Numbered from the stretch's first letter, positions 17,482 through 25,772 are shown. The stretch is DNA of 64,000 nucleotides from an uncultured Christensenellaceae bacterium (GCA_905234985.1 CAJOJQ010000032.1:9915-73914), one strand, 5' to 3'. Notes: generated by a model from the sequence alone, not told the origin. Program-made: numbers and translations.

Positions 17482-19145
17482 TCCGCGCTGCGCATCCATT
17501 GGGCGGCTTTCATGACGGCGGGGATCAGCTGCTTTTTCCGGGAGACCACGCCAGGCAAATGGAACGCGCCGTTTTCCGGCTGGGTCTTGAACGCCACGGA
17601 AATGAGCTTTTCGCTGTCCTGGCCGTAATAGATCAGCTCGGTGGATTCCTCCAAAATGTTGGTGAGCATGAAGTACACCTTGGGTACCCGCTGCTTTTCG
17701 CTTTCCGTTTTCAGGAAGGGGGTCAGCTTTTCCCGGATCATGCGCAAATCGTCCTCGTCCATGGAGCTGATCTGGCCCACCCCGAACACCAAATCCCCTT
17801 CGGCGGTGAAGCGCTTGAAATCTTGATAGAAGATCTGATCCTGGGTTTTGCCGCCTAAGTTGCTGCCCGCCCGGAACATTTCTTTGGCCAGCTGGGTGAT
17901 TTCCACCCCTGCGTTCAGGGCCAAGGCTCCCGCCGCCATCTTGTCGAAGATGGTGCAGGTGGGGGAGCGGAACATGAGGGTGTCCGAAATGATGGCGGAA
18001 CAGAGCAGGCCCGCGATATTCGGCGGGATATCCAGCTTCTGTTCGCCGTACATCTGGTACATGATGGTGCAGGTGCAGCCCACGGGCTGATTGCGGAAGG
18101 TGATGGGCGTCATGGTTTCCAGAGAGCCTAACTTGTGGTGGTCGATGATCTCCAAAATATCCGCGTTGTCGGCGTTGTCCGCAGCCTGGTCTTTTTCGTT
18201 GTGATCCACTAAGATGATCTTCTTTTTCTTGGGGTCGATCAGGTTGCGCCGGGAGATGGTGCCCACGCACTTTCCCTGGGGATCCAGCACGGGGAAGGCG
18301 TGGAACCGGCTGTTTTTCATGGTGTCGTGAATGTCCTCTGTGAAATCCTCCGTGGAAAAGGTGATCAGGTGATCCCGGATCATCACGTAGCCCACGGGGA
18401 TGCTCTGGTTGATCAGCCGGGCGATGGTGAAGGTGTCCAGCACGGAGGAAATGACCACCACGCCCTTTTCCGCCGCCAGGGCCAGCACCCGGTCGGAGAT
18501 TTCCATGTTCAGGCCCACCACGATGCAGCTCACGTTCTGGTTCACGGCCTCCAGCTGATCCCCTTCCCGGTCGCCGAGGATCACCATATCCCCTTCTTCT
18601 AAAATGGCGCTGAGCAGCTCGGGGTTGGCCGTGCCCACCAGCACGCGGCCCCGGGTGAAGAACCGGTTTTCGTCCCCCACCCGGACGTCGCCTCGGATGG
18701 TTTCGGCGATCCAGCGGTACTGGGTTTGGGCATTGGAGAGCAGCAGGCTGTCCTCCGTATCCATAAACACCCGGGAAATATCGTTGTCCGTAATGATGCC
18801 TTCCAGATGGCCGTCCCCGTCCACCACGGGCAGGGTGCTGATCCCGTTTTCCTTCATCATATCCCACGCCCGCTTGATGGACATGGTTTTTTCCAGGCGG
18901 GGCGTGCGGTAAATGTCCGTATCCTTCACCTGGGTGCCCACGTTGGGCATATAGCCGGGCTGGGAAAAGCCGAAACGCTTGAGTACATACTCCGTTTCTT
19001 CGTTGATCTGCCCGGCCCGCCGGGGAATGAAGGCTTCGCCCTTGGACGTTCTGTTTCGGATATCGGCATAGGCGATGGCGGAGCAAATGGAGTCCGTATC
19101 GGGGTTCTTATGGCCGAGGATATACACGTTTTCCTGCTGCGGCAT
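17469..19145 (-). CDS. CBS-domain-containing family II (DHH/DHHA2) inorganic pyrophosphatase
   Basis: N-terminal YILGHKNPDTDSICSAIAY (DHH), an internal CBS pair, and ...DHHKLG... / DHHA2 at the C-terminus. Confidence 0.85.
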   Translation of the reverse strand: MPQQENVYILGHKNPDTDSICSAIAYADIRNRTSKGEAFIPRRAGQINEETEYVLKRFGFSQPGYMPNVGTQVKDTDIYRTPRLEKTMSIKRAWDMMKENGISTLPVVDGDGHLEGIITDNDISRVFMDTEDSLLLSNAQTQYRWIAETIRGDVRVGDENRFFTRGRVLVGTANPELLSAILEEGDMVILGDREGDQLEAVNQNVSCIVVGLNMEISDRVLALAAEKGVVVISSVLDTFTIARLINQSIPVGYVMIRDHLITFSTEDFTEDIHDTMKNSRFHAFPVLDPQGKCVGTISRRNLIDPKKKKIILVDHNEKDQAADNADNADILEIIDHHKLGSLETMTPITFRNQPVGCTCTIMYQMYGEQKLDIPPNIAGLLCSAIISDTLMFRSPTCTIFDKMAAGALALNAGVEITQLAKEMFRAGSNLGGKTQDQIFYQDFKRFTAEGDLVFGVGQISSMDEDDLRMIREKLTPFLKTESEKQRVPKVYFMLTNILEESTELIYYGQDSEKLISVAFKTQPENGAFHLPGVVSRKKQLIPAVMKAAQWMRSADYTG

Positions 19146-19284
19146 ATGCGCTTCTCCTTTCCGTTTCCTGTGGAGTGGGGCAGACCTTATTGATGGGGTA
19201 TGAAGGTATAAGCATCGCTTCTTTAATCAATTCCAGTATAGCATAAAATGGCGGGCGCTACAACTGCCGCAATGAAATGATTGC

Positions 19285-19313
19285 TTGACAGGGAAAGTGT
19301 TTTCGTCTAAAAT
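19285..19313 (+). promoter_or_regulatory. Sigma-A-type promoter for 19357..20574
   Basis: TTGACA-17 nt-TAAAAT, followed by the inverted repeat TTCGTCT...AGACGAA. Confidence 0.55.
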
Positions 19314-19356
19314 AATATTGAATATTAAATGAGACGAATTTTCAGGAGGCAATGGC

Positions 19357-20574
19357 ATGTATATCAGGCGGCACGCGGAAGCGACCATACAGGCTTTGGC
19401 GAAGCAATTCGGCGCGGTACTGGTGACGGGACCCCGGCAAGTAGGCAAAACCACCATGCTGCAAAATATCTTAGACGATATAAATTACGTCACCATGGAC
19501 GACGCCATCCTTCGGGCGGCAGCGGTGGAAAACACCAACACGTTCATCAAGGACAACCCGCCGCCGCTGTTCATCGACGAGGTTCAGAAAGCGCCGGAAG
19601 TATTTCCGGCCATCAAAATGTCCCTGGACGCCAGCCGGAAAAAGGGACAATTCTTCCTCACCGGTTCCCAACAGTTCAGGATGATGAAGCACGTCAGCGA
19701 ATCGTTAGCCGGGCGGGTCGGCATCCTGAATCTGTTGGGGCTGTCCATGCGGGAAATCAGCGGCGTGGAGGATCAAACAACCTTCCTTCCCACCGAGGAT
19801 TATTTTTCCAGCCGCAAAAAGCAATTGTCCCCCTTGGATTACGACGCCGTTTGGAAGCTGATTTGGCGGGGGTGTATGCCGGAACTGACCGCGAATCCAG
19901 AATTTGACTGGCAGATGTTTTACGGGGCGTATGTGACCACCTATGTGGAGCGGGACGTGAAGGAACTGGCCCAGGTGGGGGATGAAGTGAAATTCACCCG
20001 CTTCATGACGGTGCTGGCGGCCCGCAACGGGCAATTGCTGAACCTGCACTCCGCCGCTAATGACGTTGGCATCAGCCAGCCCACCGCCGACCGGTGGCTA
20101 TCCATCCTGAAAGCTTCTCATATCGTGTATCTGCTCCCGCCCTATTCCAACAACCGCACCACCCGGGCGGTGAAATCGCCCAAAATGTATTTCCTGGATA
20201 CCGGGCTGGCGGCCTATCTCAGCCGCTGGAACACGGTGGAAACCCTGAAAAACGGGGCCATGGCCGGGGCGTTCTTTGAGGCGTTCGTGCTTTCGGAAAT
20301 CGTGAAGAGCTATTACAACCGGGGCGTTCTGGAGCCGCCTCTGTATTTCTATCGGGACAAGGACAAGAAGGAAATCGACGTCCTGATCGAAGAAAACGGC
20401 GTCCTGTACCCCCTGGAAGTAAAAAAACACGCCGACCCCAGCGTTCACGACCTGGACAATTTCAGCGTGCTGGATCGCTTCGCCGACCGAGGCCCCGGCG
20501 GCGTGATTTGTCTGTATGACCGGCTCATCACCCTGCGGGGGCAGGATCGAGCGATTCCCGTTTGTTATCTTTAA
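19357..20574 (+). CDS. AAA+ ATPase with C-terminal DUF4143-like domain (paralog 1)
   Basis: Walker A GPRQVGKTT, Walker B LFIDEVQ. The C-terminal half resembles the DUF4143 architecture. Confidence 0.8.
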   Translation: MYIRRHAEATIQALAKQFGAVLVTGPRQVGKTTMLQNILDDINYVTMDDAILRAAAVENTNTFIKDNPPPLFIDEVQKAPEVFPAIKMSLDASRKKGQFFLTGSQQFRMMKHVSESLAGRVGILNLLGLSMREISGVEDQTTFLPTEDYFSSRKKQLSPLDYDAVWKLIWRGCMPELTANPEFDWQMFYGAYVTTYVERDVKELAQVGDEVKFTRFMTVLAARNGQLLNLHSAANDVGISQPTADRWLSILKASHIVYLLPPYSNNRTTRAVKSPKMYFLDTGLAAYLSRWNTVETLKNGAMAGAFFEAFVLSEIVKSYYNRGVLEPPLYFYRDKDKKEIDVLIEENGVLYPLEVKKHADPSVHDLDNFSVLDRFADRGPGGVICLYDRLITLRGQDRAIPVCYL

Positions 20575-21033
20575 TCTTTTACCGCAAAGCACAGCCGAAA
20601 TCCCTGCTTTTCCTTGCAAATCGCTTGCATAAATTTTTCCAGCTTCAACTATTGCCTTAGAGTAAACCTCAAGGTTTAAGATGGGAACAACAGGAAATCT
20701 TCTCCTTGTTCGTCCTGATTTTCAACCGTTGAAAGGGGTTAAAGTCATGTATCTGACGCGAACGTCTTTTATTCGGAAGGAGAAAAAAACGATGGGCAAT
20801 TACCGGCGTTTTACCTTGACCACCTATTTCGTGGCCCACGCCGCCGCCCGGGTAACGGAAGCGCAGTTGGAGGAACTCGGGTACACGTAAAAGGCGCCTC
20901 CGCCCTGCGCGTCCCCGGAAAGGAAAAGACGATCCCGCCCCTGTACCGGGACGGCGAAGACGCCGTGTTCGAGCTGCCCGCCATGCCGGGCAGGTTCACG
21001 GTGTATCAAAAAACGAAGCAGCCTTCCTCTTAT

Positions 21034-21069
21034 GGCTTTCTTGGGCCTGGGGGGGAAACCTTCTTTGGG
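21034..21069. repeat. Truncated (left-half) copy of the GGGGGAAACC REP-like hairpin
   Basis: GGCTTTCTTGGGCCTGGGGGGGAAACCTTCTTTGGG matches the flank plus left arm of 45290..45335. The right arm is missing. Confidence 0.6.
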
Positions 21070-21110
21070 TTAATTAATTTCAAGTGTTCCAACAAATCAT
21101 AAAATAGCAA

Positions 21111-21139
21111 TTGACACCATTCGACAATTCCTATACAAT
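21111..21139 (+). promoter_or_regulatory. Consensus promoter of small-ORF transcript B
   Basis: TTGACA-17 nt-TACAAT. Confidence 0.7.
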
Positions 21140-21145
21140 AAAATT

Positions 21146-21323
21146 GCCCCTTCGGGGGCCGAGAGTGAACACAAACGCGCAGGTGGACGAACCGCCGATG
21201 ACCGCCTGTGGCGGGAATTTCATCGGCGGTGAGATCAACCGAAACAAGCAATGTCCGCATGAAGCGGACTTGCGCCGATTGAGGTTGCGGAACGCTCCAT
21301 CCTCCCGAAAGGAGGTGGTGCGA
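21146..21323 (+). ncRNA. Structured 5' leader (copy B of the RNA family) ending in an SD-sequestering hairpin
   Basis: GCCCCUUCGGGGGC hairpin. Conserved core GACGAACCGCCGAUGACCGCCUG...GGUGAGAUCA...GCAAU-stem-CAUGAAG-stem-UUGCG. CCAUCCUCC-CGAAA-GGAGGUGG pairs the SD. Confidence 0.5.
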
Positions 21324-21416
21324 ATGCGTCTTACTTTTCATGTATGGAAGTACACGATAACGATTGTTATTCGTGAAACGCATCGCAAAAAGAACAACCG
21401 CCACTCTGCCAAGTGA
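21324..21416 (+). CDS. 30-aa cationic small protein (candidate type I toxin-like peptide), copy B
   Basis: GGAGGTGGTGCGA-ATG. MRLTFHVWKYTITIVIRETHRKKNNRHSAK. Paralog at 21759..21851 differs mostly by conservative substitutions. Confidence 0.45.
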   Translation: MRLTFHVWKYTITIVIRETHRKKNNRHSAK

Positions 21417-21489
21417 CGGTTGAACTTGCGATGTAGCATCGCGACCTAAACCTAACTTCAAGAGCAACCGCGTGCGTGGTTCACTCTTC
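21386..21489 (-). ncRNA. Predicted cis-antisense RNA to the 3' end of ORF B (about 105 nt)
   Basis: Bounded by the promoter at 21496..21523 and the hairpin AACCGUCACU-UGGCAG-AGUGGCGGUU plus GUUCUUUUU. Confidence 0.45.
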
Positions 21490-21500
21490 GCTTTTATTAT
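21459..21500 (+). terminator. Intrinsic terminator of transcript B
   Basis: AAGAGCAACC-GCGTGCG-TGGTTCACTCTT followed by CGCTTTTATTAT. Confidence 0.6.
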
Positions 21501-21523
21501 ACCCGCTTTTGCGAACTTGTCAA
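21496..21523 (-). promoter_or_regulatory. Consensus promoter of antisense RNA B
   Basis: Minus strand reads TTGACA-16 nt-TATAAT. Confidence 0.7.
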
Positions 21524-21648
21524 GTGCCGCGCGTTGCCGGAACGTTCTTTTCCTCCCCCTGAAACGCCCGAAAATCCCGCCCCCCTGCCCAAATGCGTTA
21601 ATTCTCAAAGCAAGCAGCGGAAAAGCCAGCAAAAACCACGTGCAACCA

Positions 21649-21676
21649 TTGACATTTCTTCAAATTTGGTTATAAT
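21649..21676 (+). promoter_or_regulatory. Consensus promoter of antisense RNA C
   Basis: TTGACA-16 nt-TATAAT. Confidence 0.7.
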
Positions 21677-21713
21677 TAATAACGAAGAGCGAACCACGCA
21701 CGCGGTTGCTCGT
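21672..21713 (-). terminator. Intrinsic terminator of transcript C
   Basis: Minus strand GAGCAACC-GCGTGCGT-GGTTCGCTC then TTCGTTATTAATT. Confidence 0.55.
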
Positions 21714-21787
21714 CAGTGCAAACTTATCGTCGTGATCTTGCGATCACAGGGACAGCCGTCACTTGGCAGAGTGGCGGTTGTTCTTTT
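21683..21787 (+). ncRNA. Predicted cis-antisense RNA to the 3' end of ORF C (about 105 nt)
   Basis: Starts after the promoter at 21649..21676. Ends at AGCCGUCACU-UGGCAG-AGUGGCGGUU plus GUUCUUUUC. Confidence 0.45.
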
Positions 21788-21851
21788 CGCGATGCGTTTT
21801 CTGGATGACAATCGTCACCGTGTACTTTCCAATGTGGAAGGTAAGACGCAT
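21759..21851 (-). CDS. 30-aa cationic small protein, copy C
   Basis: GGGGGTGATGCGT-ATG. MRLTFHIGKYTVTIVIQKTHREKNNRHSAK. Confidence 0.45.
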   Translation of the reverse strand: MRLTFHIGKYTVTIVIQKTHREKNNRHSAK

Positions 21852-22030
21852 ACGCATCACCCCCTTTCGGGAGGATGGAGCGTTCCGCAACCTCAATCGG
21901 CGCAACTCCCCTTCATGGGGAGATTGCTTGTTTCGGTTGATCTCACCGCCGATGAAAATCCCGCCACAGGCGGTCATCGGCGGTTCGTCCGCCTGCGCGT
22001 TTGTGTTCACTCTTCGGCCCCCGAAGGGGC
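21852..22030 (-). ncRNA. Structured 5' leader (copy C of the RNA family)
   Basis: Mirror image of 21146..21323 with the same core and an SD-pairing hairpin. Confidence 0.5.
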
Positions 22031-22036
22031 GCTTCC

Positions 22037-22065
22037 ATTGTATAGGAAATGTCGATTGGTGTCAA
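22037..22065 (-). promoter_or_regulatory. Consensus promoter of small-ORF transcript C
   Basis: Minus strand TTGACA-17 nt-TACAAT. Confidence 0.7.
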
Positions 22066-22100
22066 TTGCTTTTTCGTCATCGTTTCGGGAATCATCTTGC

Positions 22101-22129
22101 AAAAAACGCCCGCCATGACAGCGGGCGCT
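22101..22129 (-). terminator. Intrinsic terminator downstream of the Rpn-like gene
   Basis: Minus strand CAGCGCCCGC-TGTCAT-GGCGGGCG-TTTTTT. Confidence 0.7.
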
Positions 22130-22246
22130 GAATGTTTTTGGGGAAGCGGTTCAGGCAATTCCCTATTCCTTGGACAGTTTCATCGTCAAACAGCACCATT
22201 GTAGTATGAGCCATGTTATCCTCCGGTTGTTATCGCTTCAAGCGGT

Positions 22247-23215
22247 TCACGCGATACCCAATTCCTTGCAAAGTTTTTCCCTGTATTCAGGATCGTTGGC
22301 GGCTTTTTCCAAATCTTTTGCCCGTCCCAGGGAAAGCAGCCTGGAAATCAGCGTGGACATTTTGCTTTCACCTTCCGCTCTGCCTTCCACTTTGCCCTCC
22401 GCTCTTCCTTCCGCTCTTCCTTCCGCTCTTCCTTCCGCTCTTCCTTCCGCTCTTCCTTCCGCTCTGCTTTCCCGCCGGATTTGCGCGTCGTGATTTCTCA
22501 TGACGGTTTCATCGTCAAACAACAGCATCATAAGGCTTGTTACCTCCTCTATTCCTTTGGTCAGCAAATAATTTTTCAGGGCGTTATGCTCCACGCAGTA
22601 GTGATATGTTGCCCGCATCGCCTCCGGTGCGTAGCCATATTTCTGAATGTTCTGATCCAGCGTGTGGGCAAACGTCATATACTGGTCGATGATGTCCCCT
22701 TCTTTTCCTTGCTGCACGATTTTAGCGGTGATCTCCACATCGGGCGTATCGCCCGGAAAGAACTCCCTGGCAAAGGACAGCTGTTCAGGCCGTTCTCCCT
22801 TTCCCGTATATATCACGAAAAATTCCGGCTTGGGCAGGGATACGCGCTTCTCGCTGTACACGTCCAGCTCGTGGGCGGTGATGTAGTTTTTGTAGGTGTA
22901 CGCCAGATAGATCAGGATGCGGATCAGGATGTTCACGGACCAGGTGGATTGCGCTTCCACCAGGATCACGAATTTATCCCGCGCCAGAATGCCCAGGTCG
23001 TTATAGGACTTGTTGGTCAGGATATTTCTGATCGTTACGGTGGAAATATCATCCTCCGTGTAATCCGAAAGCTCCGGGTGGAGGGCTTTCAGCAATTCCA
23101 GGCCGTAAGCGGGCGTGCCGAATACCTCCGTGAAAATGGACGCCTTTGCTTCGCGTTTGGCGGTCATACCATCGCCGTTGTTCATCAGCTCGATGAACCG
23201 TTCCTCGTGCTGCAT
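22247..23215 (-). CDS. Rpn-family (YhgA-like, PD-(D/E)XK) recombination-promoting nuclease / putative transposase
   Basis: Start moved to the ATG at 23215 behind GGGGGGTGGA. The family assignment rests on the overall look of the N-terminal region plus the C-terminal (AEGR)n low-complexity tail that I recall as typical of this family. No catalytic residues were identified. Confidence 0.65.
   Translation of the reverse strand: MQHEERFIELMNNGDGMTAKREAKASIFTEVFGTPAYGLELLKALHPELSDYTEDDISTVTIRNILTNKSYNDLGILARDKFVILVEAQSTWSVNILIRILIYLAYTYKNYITAHELDVYSEKRVSLPKPEFFVIYTGKGERPEQLSFAREFFPGDTPDVEITAKIVQQGKEGDIIDQYMTFAHTLDQNIQKYGYAPEAMRATYHYCVEHNALKNYLLTKGIEEVTSLMMLLFDDETVMRNHDAQIRRESRAEGRAEGRAEGRAEGRAEGRAEGKVEGRAEGESKMSTLISRLLSLGRAKDLEKAANDPEYREKLCKELGIA
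22371..22472. repeat. 12-bp tandem repeat (CCTTCCGCTCTT)n encoding (AEGR)n
   Basis: About 8 consecutive near-identical units inside the Rpn-like CDS. Confidence 0.85.
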
Positions 23216-23354
23216 TTCGTCCACCCCCCTTTTTCCACCATCCTGTGGCTTTATTATACCTCTTTGAGCAGAATTATTCAAGGCCTTTGATTTTTCCGGA
23301 TAAAAAAGCCGCTCGGACAGGTTCTTTATGTGAACCCTCCGCGCGGCGTTTTGT

Positions 23355-23909
23355 TTACTGCTCCATTTGGCGGCCAACGATGCCTGCCGCCGTTTCCGCT
23401 ACCTTGATTTCCGTATCGCCCATGCGCGCGCCCTGCTCCCGGGAAAGCAGCAGCACCGCGCCGATGGCCTCCCCGTCCGCGATGATGGGGGACACCACCT
23501 GGGCCGTGTAGCCGGACACGTCCTCCTCGTTGGTCACGGGCACGATTTTGCCGCCGCCCGTGCGGTTGCTGCTCACCGTCTGCCGCGCCTGAATGGCGCT
23601 TTCCAAATCGGGGCTGATGGGCTTATCCCACAGCTCTTTTTTGCTCACGCCGCTGGCCGCCACCACTTGATCCCGGTCCACGATGCACGCGATGTGCCCC
23701 AGGGAGCGGAACAACGATTCCGTGTAGTCCTTGGCAAAGGAACTCATCTCCCCAATGGGGGAATACTTCTTCAAAATCACTTCGCCGTCCCGATCTGTGT
23801 AAATTTCCAGCGGGTCACCCTCGCGGATGCGCAGGGTGCGGCGGATTTCCTTGGGGATCACCACGCGGCCCAGCTCGTCAATCCTTCTTACGATACCTGT
23901 CGCTCGCAA
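23355..23909 (-). CDS. spoVT: Stage V sporulation protein T (AbrB-family regulator)
   Basis: MRATGIVRRIDELGRVVIPKEIRRTLRIREGDPLEIY... SpoVT/AbrB swapped-hairpin N-terminus plus a GAF-like C-terminus. Confidence 0.9.
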   Translation of the reverse strand: MRATGIVRRIDELGRVVIPKEIRRTLRIREGDPLEIYTDRDGEVILKKYSPIGEMSSFAKDYTESLFRSLGHIACIVDRDQVVAASGVSKKELWDKPISPDLESAIQARQTVSSNRTGGGKIVPVTNEEDVSGYTAQVVSPIIADGEAIGAVLLLSREQGARMGDTEIKVAETAAGIVGRQMEQ

Positions 23910-24105
23910 TTTCTCGCGCCTCCTTGACTGTTATCAGCCATAGGTTTTCCATGGAAACGGGTTTTATGCGAAAGGAAAGGGCGGGAAGATTTGGAAAGCT
24001 GGGGAACAAAAGACAAGAAAGAAAACGTAAGTTTCGTTTGAAAAGATAGCCGAAAAATTTGAGGGCAGCGGCGCATCCAGGGCGGAACGTGCCTACAAAC
24101 GAGCC

Positions 24106-24441
24106 GTGGAAAACCTGTTGCTGGAACTGGTCAGACTTGGTCAGCTTCATTGCGTGCGCCTCAAGCAAATCTCCGTGCAGCATGAAGACAAAAAAACAAC
24201 CGCCGCCGTCTACGCTTATCAGGTAGACAACAGCGGAGAATGGGTTGAGATTCAATTCGATCTGGAGAAAGGCACGGCCTGGGTGGAGACATTCGCGGAG
24301 AATGATCCCTGTGATACATTGGGTCGTGATTTTTCAAGATTTCCTTCGGCAGTTTTTTGTGTTGAACAAAAATCAGCCGAAAACACTTTTGCTGAGGGAT
24401 CGTATTGTCGGATAAAATGTCTGAAAATCATCCAAAAATGA
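24106..24441 (+). CDS. Hypothetical protein (GTG start; weak call)
   Basis: Only an ORF. The frame stays open upstream into the repeat at 24037..24108. Confidence 0.25.
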   Translation: MENLLLELVRLGQLHCVRLKQISVQHEDKKTTAAVYAYQVDNSGEWVEIQFDLEKGTAWVETFAENDPCDTLGRDFSRFPSAVFCVEQKSAENTFAEGSYCRIKCLKIIQK

Positions 24442-24509
24442 TTGAAAATAGAGCTTCGATTTGCTATAATCATCCTATAAGTTATAATAAGTAAATGAGG
24501 AGAAAAACT

Positions 24510-24779
24510 ATGGCGGTATGTTATAAAAAGCTGTGAAAGCTACTCATCGACAAAGACATGAAAAAGAGCGATCTTGAGCGCGAAGCCAAGATTTCTCATT
24601 ATGCTTTGGGGAAGCTGTCTCAGGGGAAGGATGTTTCTACAGAAGTTTTGGGGAAAATCTGTGAAACGCTTCATTGCACCATTGACGATATTATGGAATT
24701 CGTACCAGAGGAAGGGAAAAGACATGCGATCAATAGAATTGTCCAGTATCAAGATCAACCACCAAAAGAGAACATATAG
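24510..24779 (+). pseudogene. XRE-family HTH regulator with in-frame TGA at codon 9 (Trp position)
   Basis: GGAG-N8-ATG GCG GTA TGT TAT AAA AAG CTG TGA AAG CTA CTC ATC GAC AAA GAC ATG... The track ORF 24558..24779 is the part downstream of the stop. Confidence 0.55.
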
Positions 24780-25063
24780 AACAGGTTGAAATCAAAGGGA
24801 CAACATTCCCATTAGGGGAAATATGGTGCTTTTGCATGTAAATATGGAGGAATTATATATGGAAATAAACGATATTCAGTATAACGAGAATGGTGAAATC
24901 ATTGATGTCAAAAGCTGATTTACAGATACGGGACGATGGATTTGATTCGATGATCTGATGGCGGAAAGGGATTTGACCAAGGATTCGTTGTTGTAACTTA
25001 TACAACAACTGCGGCGGACGGGATCATGACCAAGACGGGAATTTGAAAAGGGAGAAAAACACG

Positions 25064-25669
25064 ATGGGTTCCTGCGATTGGGGCTTCGCCTTTGAAGCCA
25101 TGAAAACATACCACGACACTGAATGGGGCGTGCCGGTACACGACGACCGGGTGATGTTTGAACATCTTATGATGGAGGCTATGCAATGCGGCCTCAGTTG
25201 GAGCCTGATGCTCAAGAAGCGGGAGATTTTTCGCGCCTGCTTTGACGGCTTCGATTATGACAAAATCGCCGCTTACACCGCAGACGACATAGAACGCATC
25301 CTGAATTTTGACGGCATGATCCGCTCCCGCCGGAAGATCGAAGCGGTGATCAACAACGCCCGGTGCTTCCAGAAAATCCAGCGGGAACACGGCAGCTTTT
25401 GCGATTGGCTGTGGGCCCATTCCGGCAGGAAGACCATCCTGTATATAGGCCACGAAAAGGGAAAAATCCCCGTCAGCAACGGCCTGTCCGACCAGATCGC
25501 CAAGGAGCTGAAGGCATACGGCTTTAAATATATGGGCACGGTGACGGTGTATGCCCACCTGCAGGCCTGCGGCATCGTCAACGATCATGGCGACGCCTGC
25601 CCTTGCTATCATGCCATCAACGCGCAATACCCTACGGCTCGGAAAAGGCGGCATCTGGAAAAGCCATAA
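25064..25669 (+). CDS. tag: DNA-3-methyladenine glycosylase I
   Basis: ...YHDxEWGVPVHDDRxxFExLxxExxQxGLSW... hallmark Tag motifs. Confidence 0.9.
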   Translation: MGSCDWGFAFEAMKTYHDTEWGVPVHDDRVMFEHLMMEAMQCGLSWSLMLKKREIFRACFDGFDYDKIAAYTADDIERILNFDGMIRSRRKIEAVINNARCFQKIQREHGSFCDWLWAHSGRKTILYIGHEKGKIPVSNGLSDQIAKELKAYGFKYMGTVTVYAHLQACGIVNDHGDACPCYHAINAQYPTARKRRHLEKP

Positions 25670-25772
25670 AAAGCGGGGAAGCATCCCTTTATACTGATAC
25701 ATAAACTGTCATGTTGAATTCCATACTATAGAATACCGGAACAGCTTTCGGTATTTTTGTTACGCTCTGCTT

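Noticed and set aside
20681-21030. Track ORF 20681..20890, and a possible gene remnant. A well-primed 32-codon ORF (ATG 20792, MGNYRRFTLTTYFVAHAAARVTEAQLEELGYT) is followed in another frame by VHVKGASALRVPGKEKTIPPLYRDGEDAVFELPAMPGRFTVYQK, which resembles a glycosidase C-terminus.
   Set aside because: It is too short and frame-broken to assign. It is plausible deletion debris next to the inserted palindrome, but it cannot be supported without a database search.
23215-23377. N-terminal extension of the Rpn-like ORF (track start 23377), which overlaps the spoVT 3' end.
   Set aside because: The extension has no RBS and overlaps spoVT. The internal ATG at 23215 has a strong purine-rich RBS and begins at the conserved part of the protein.
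24859-24918. 19-codon ORF MEINDIQYNENGEIIDVKS with a GGAGG-like RBS in the AT-rich stretch.
   Set aside because: There are no conservation or structural clues. It could easily be chance in AT-rich DNA.
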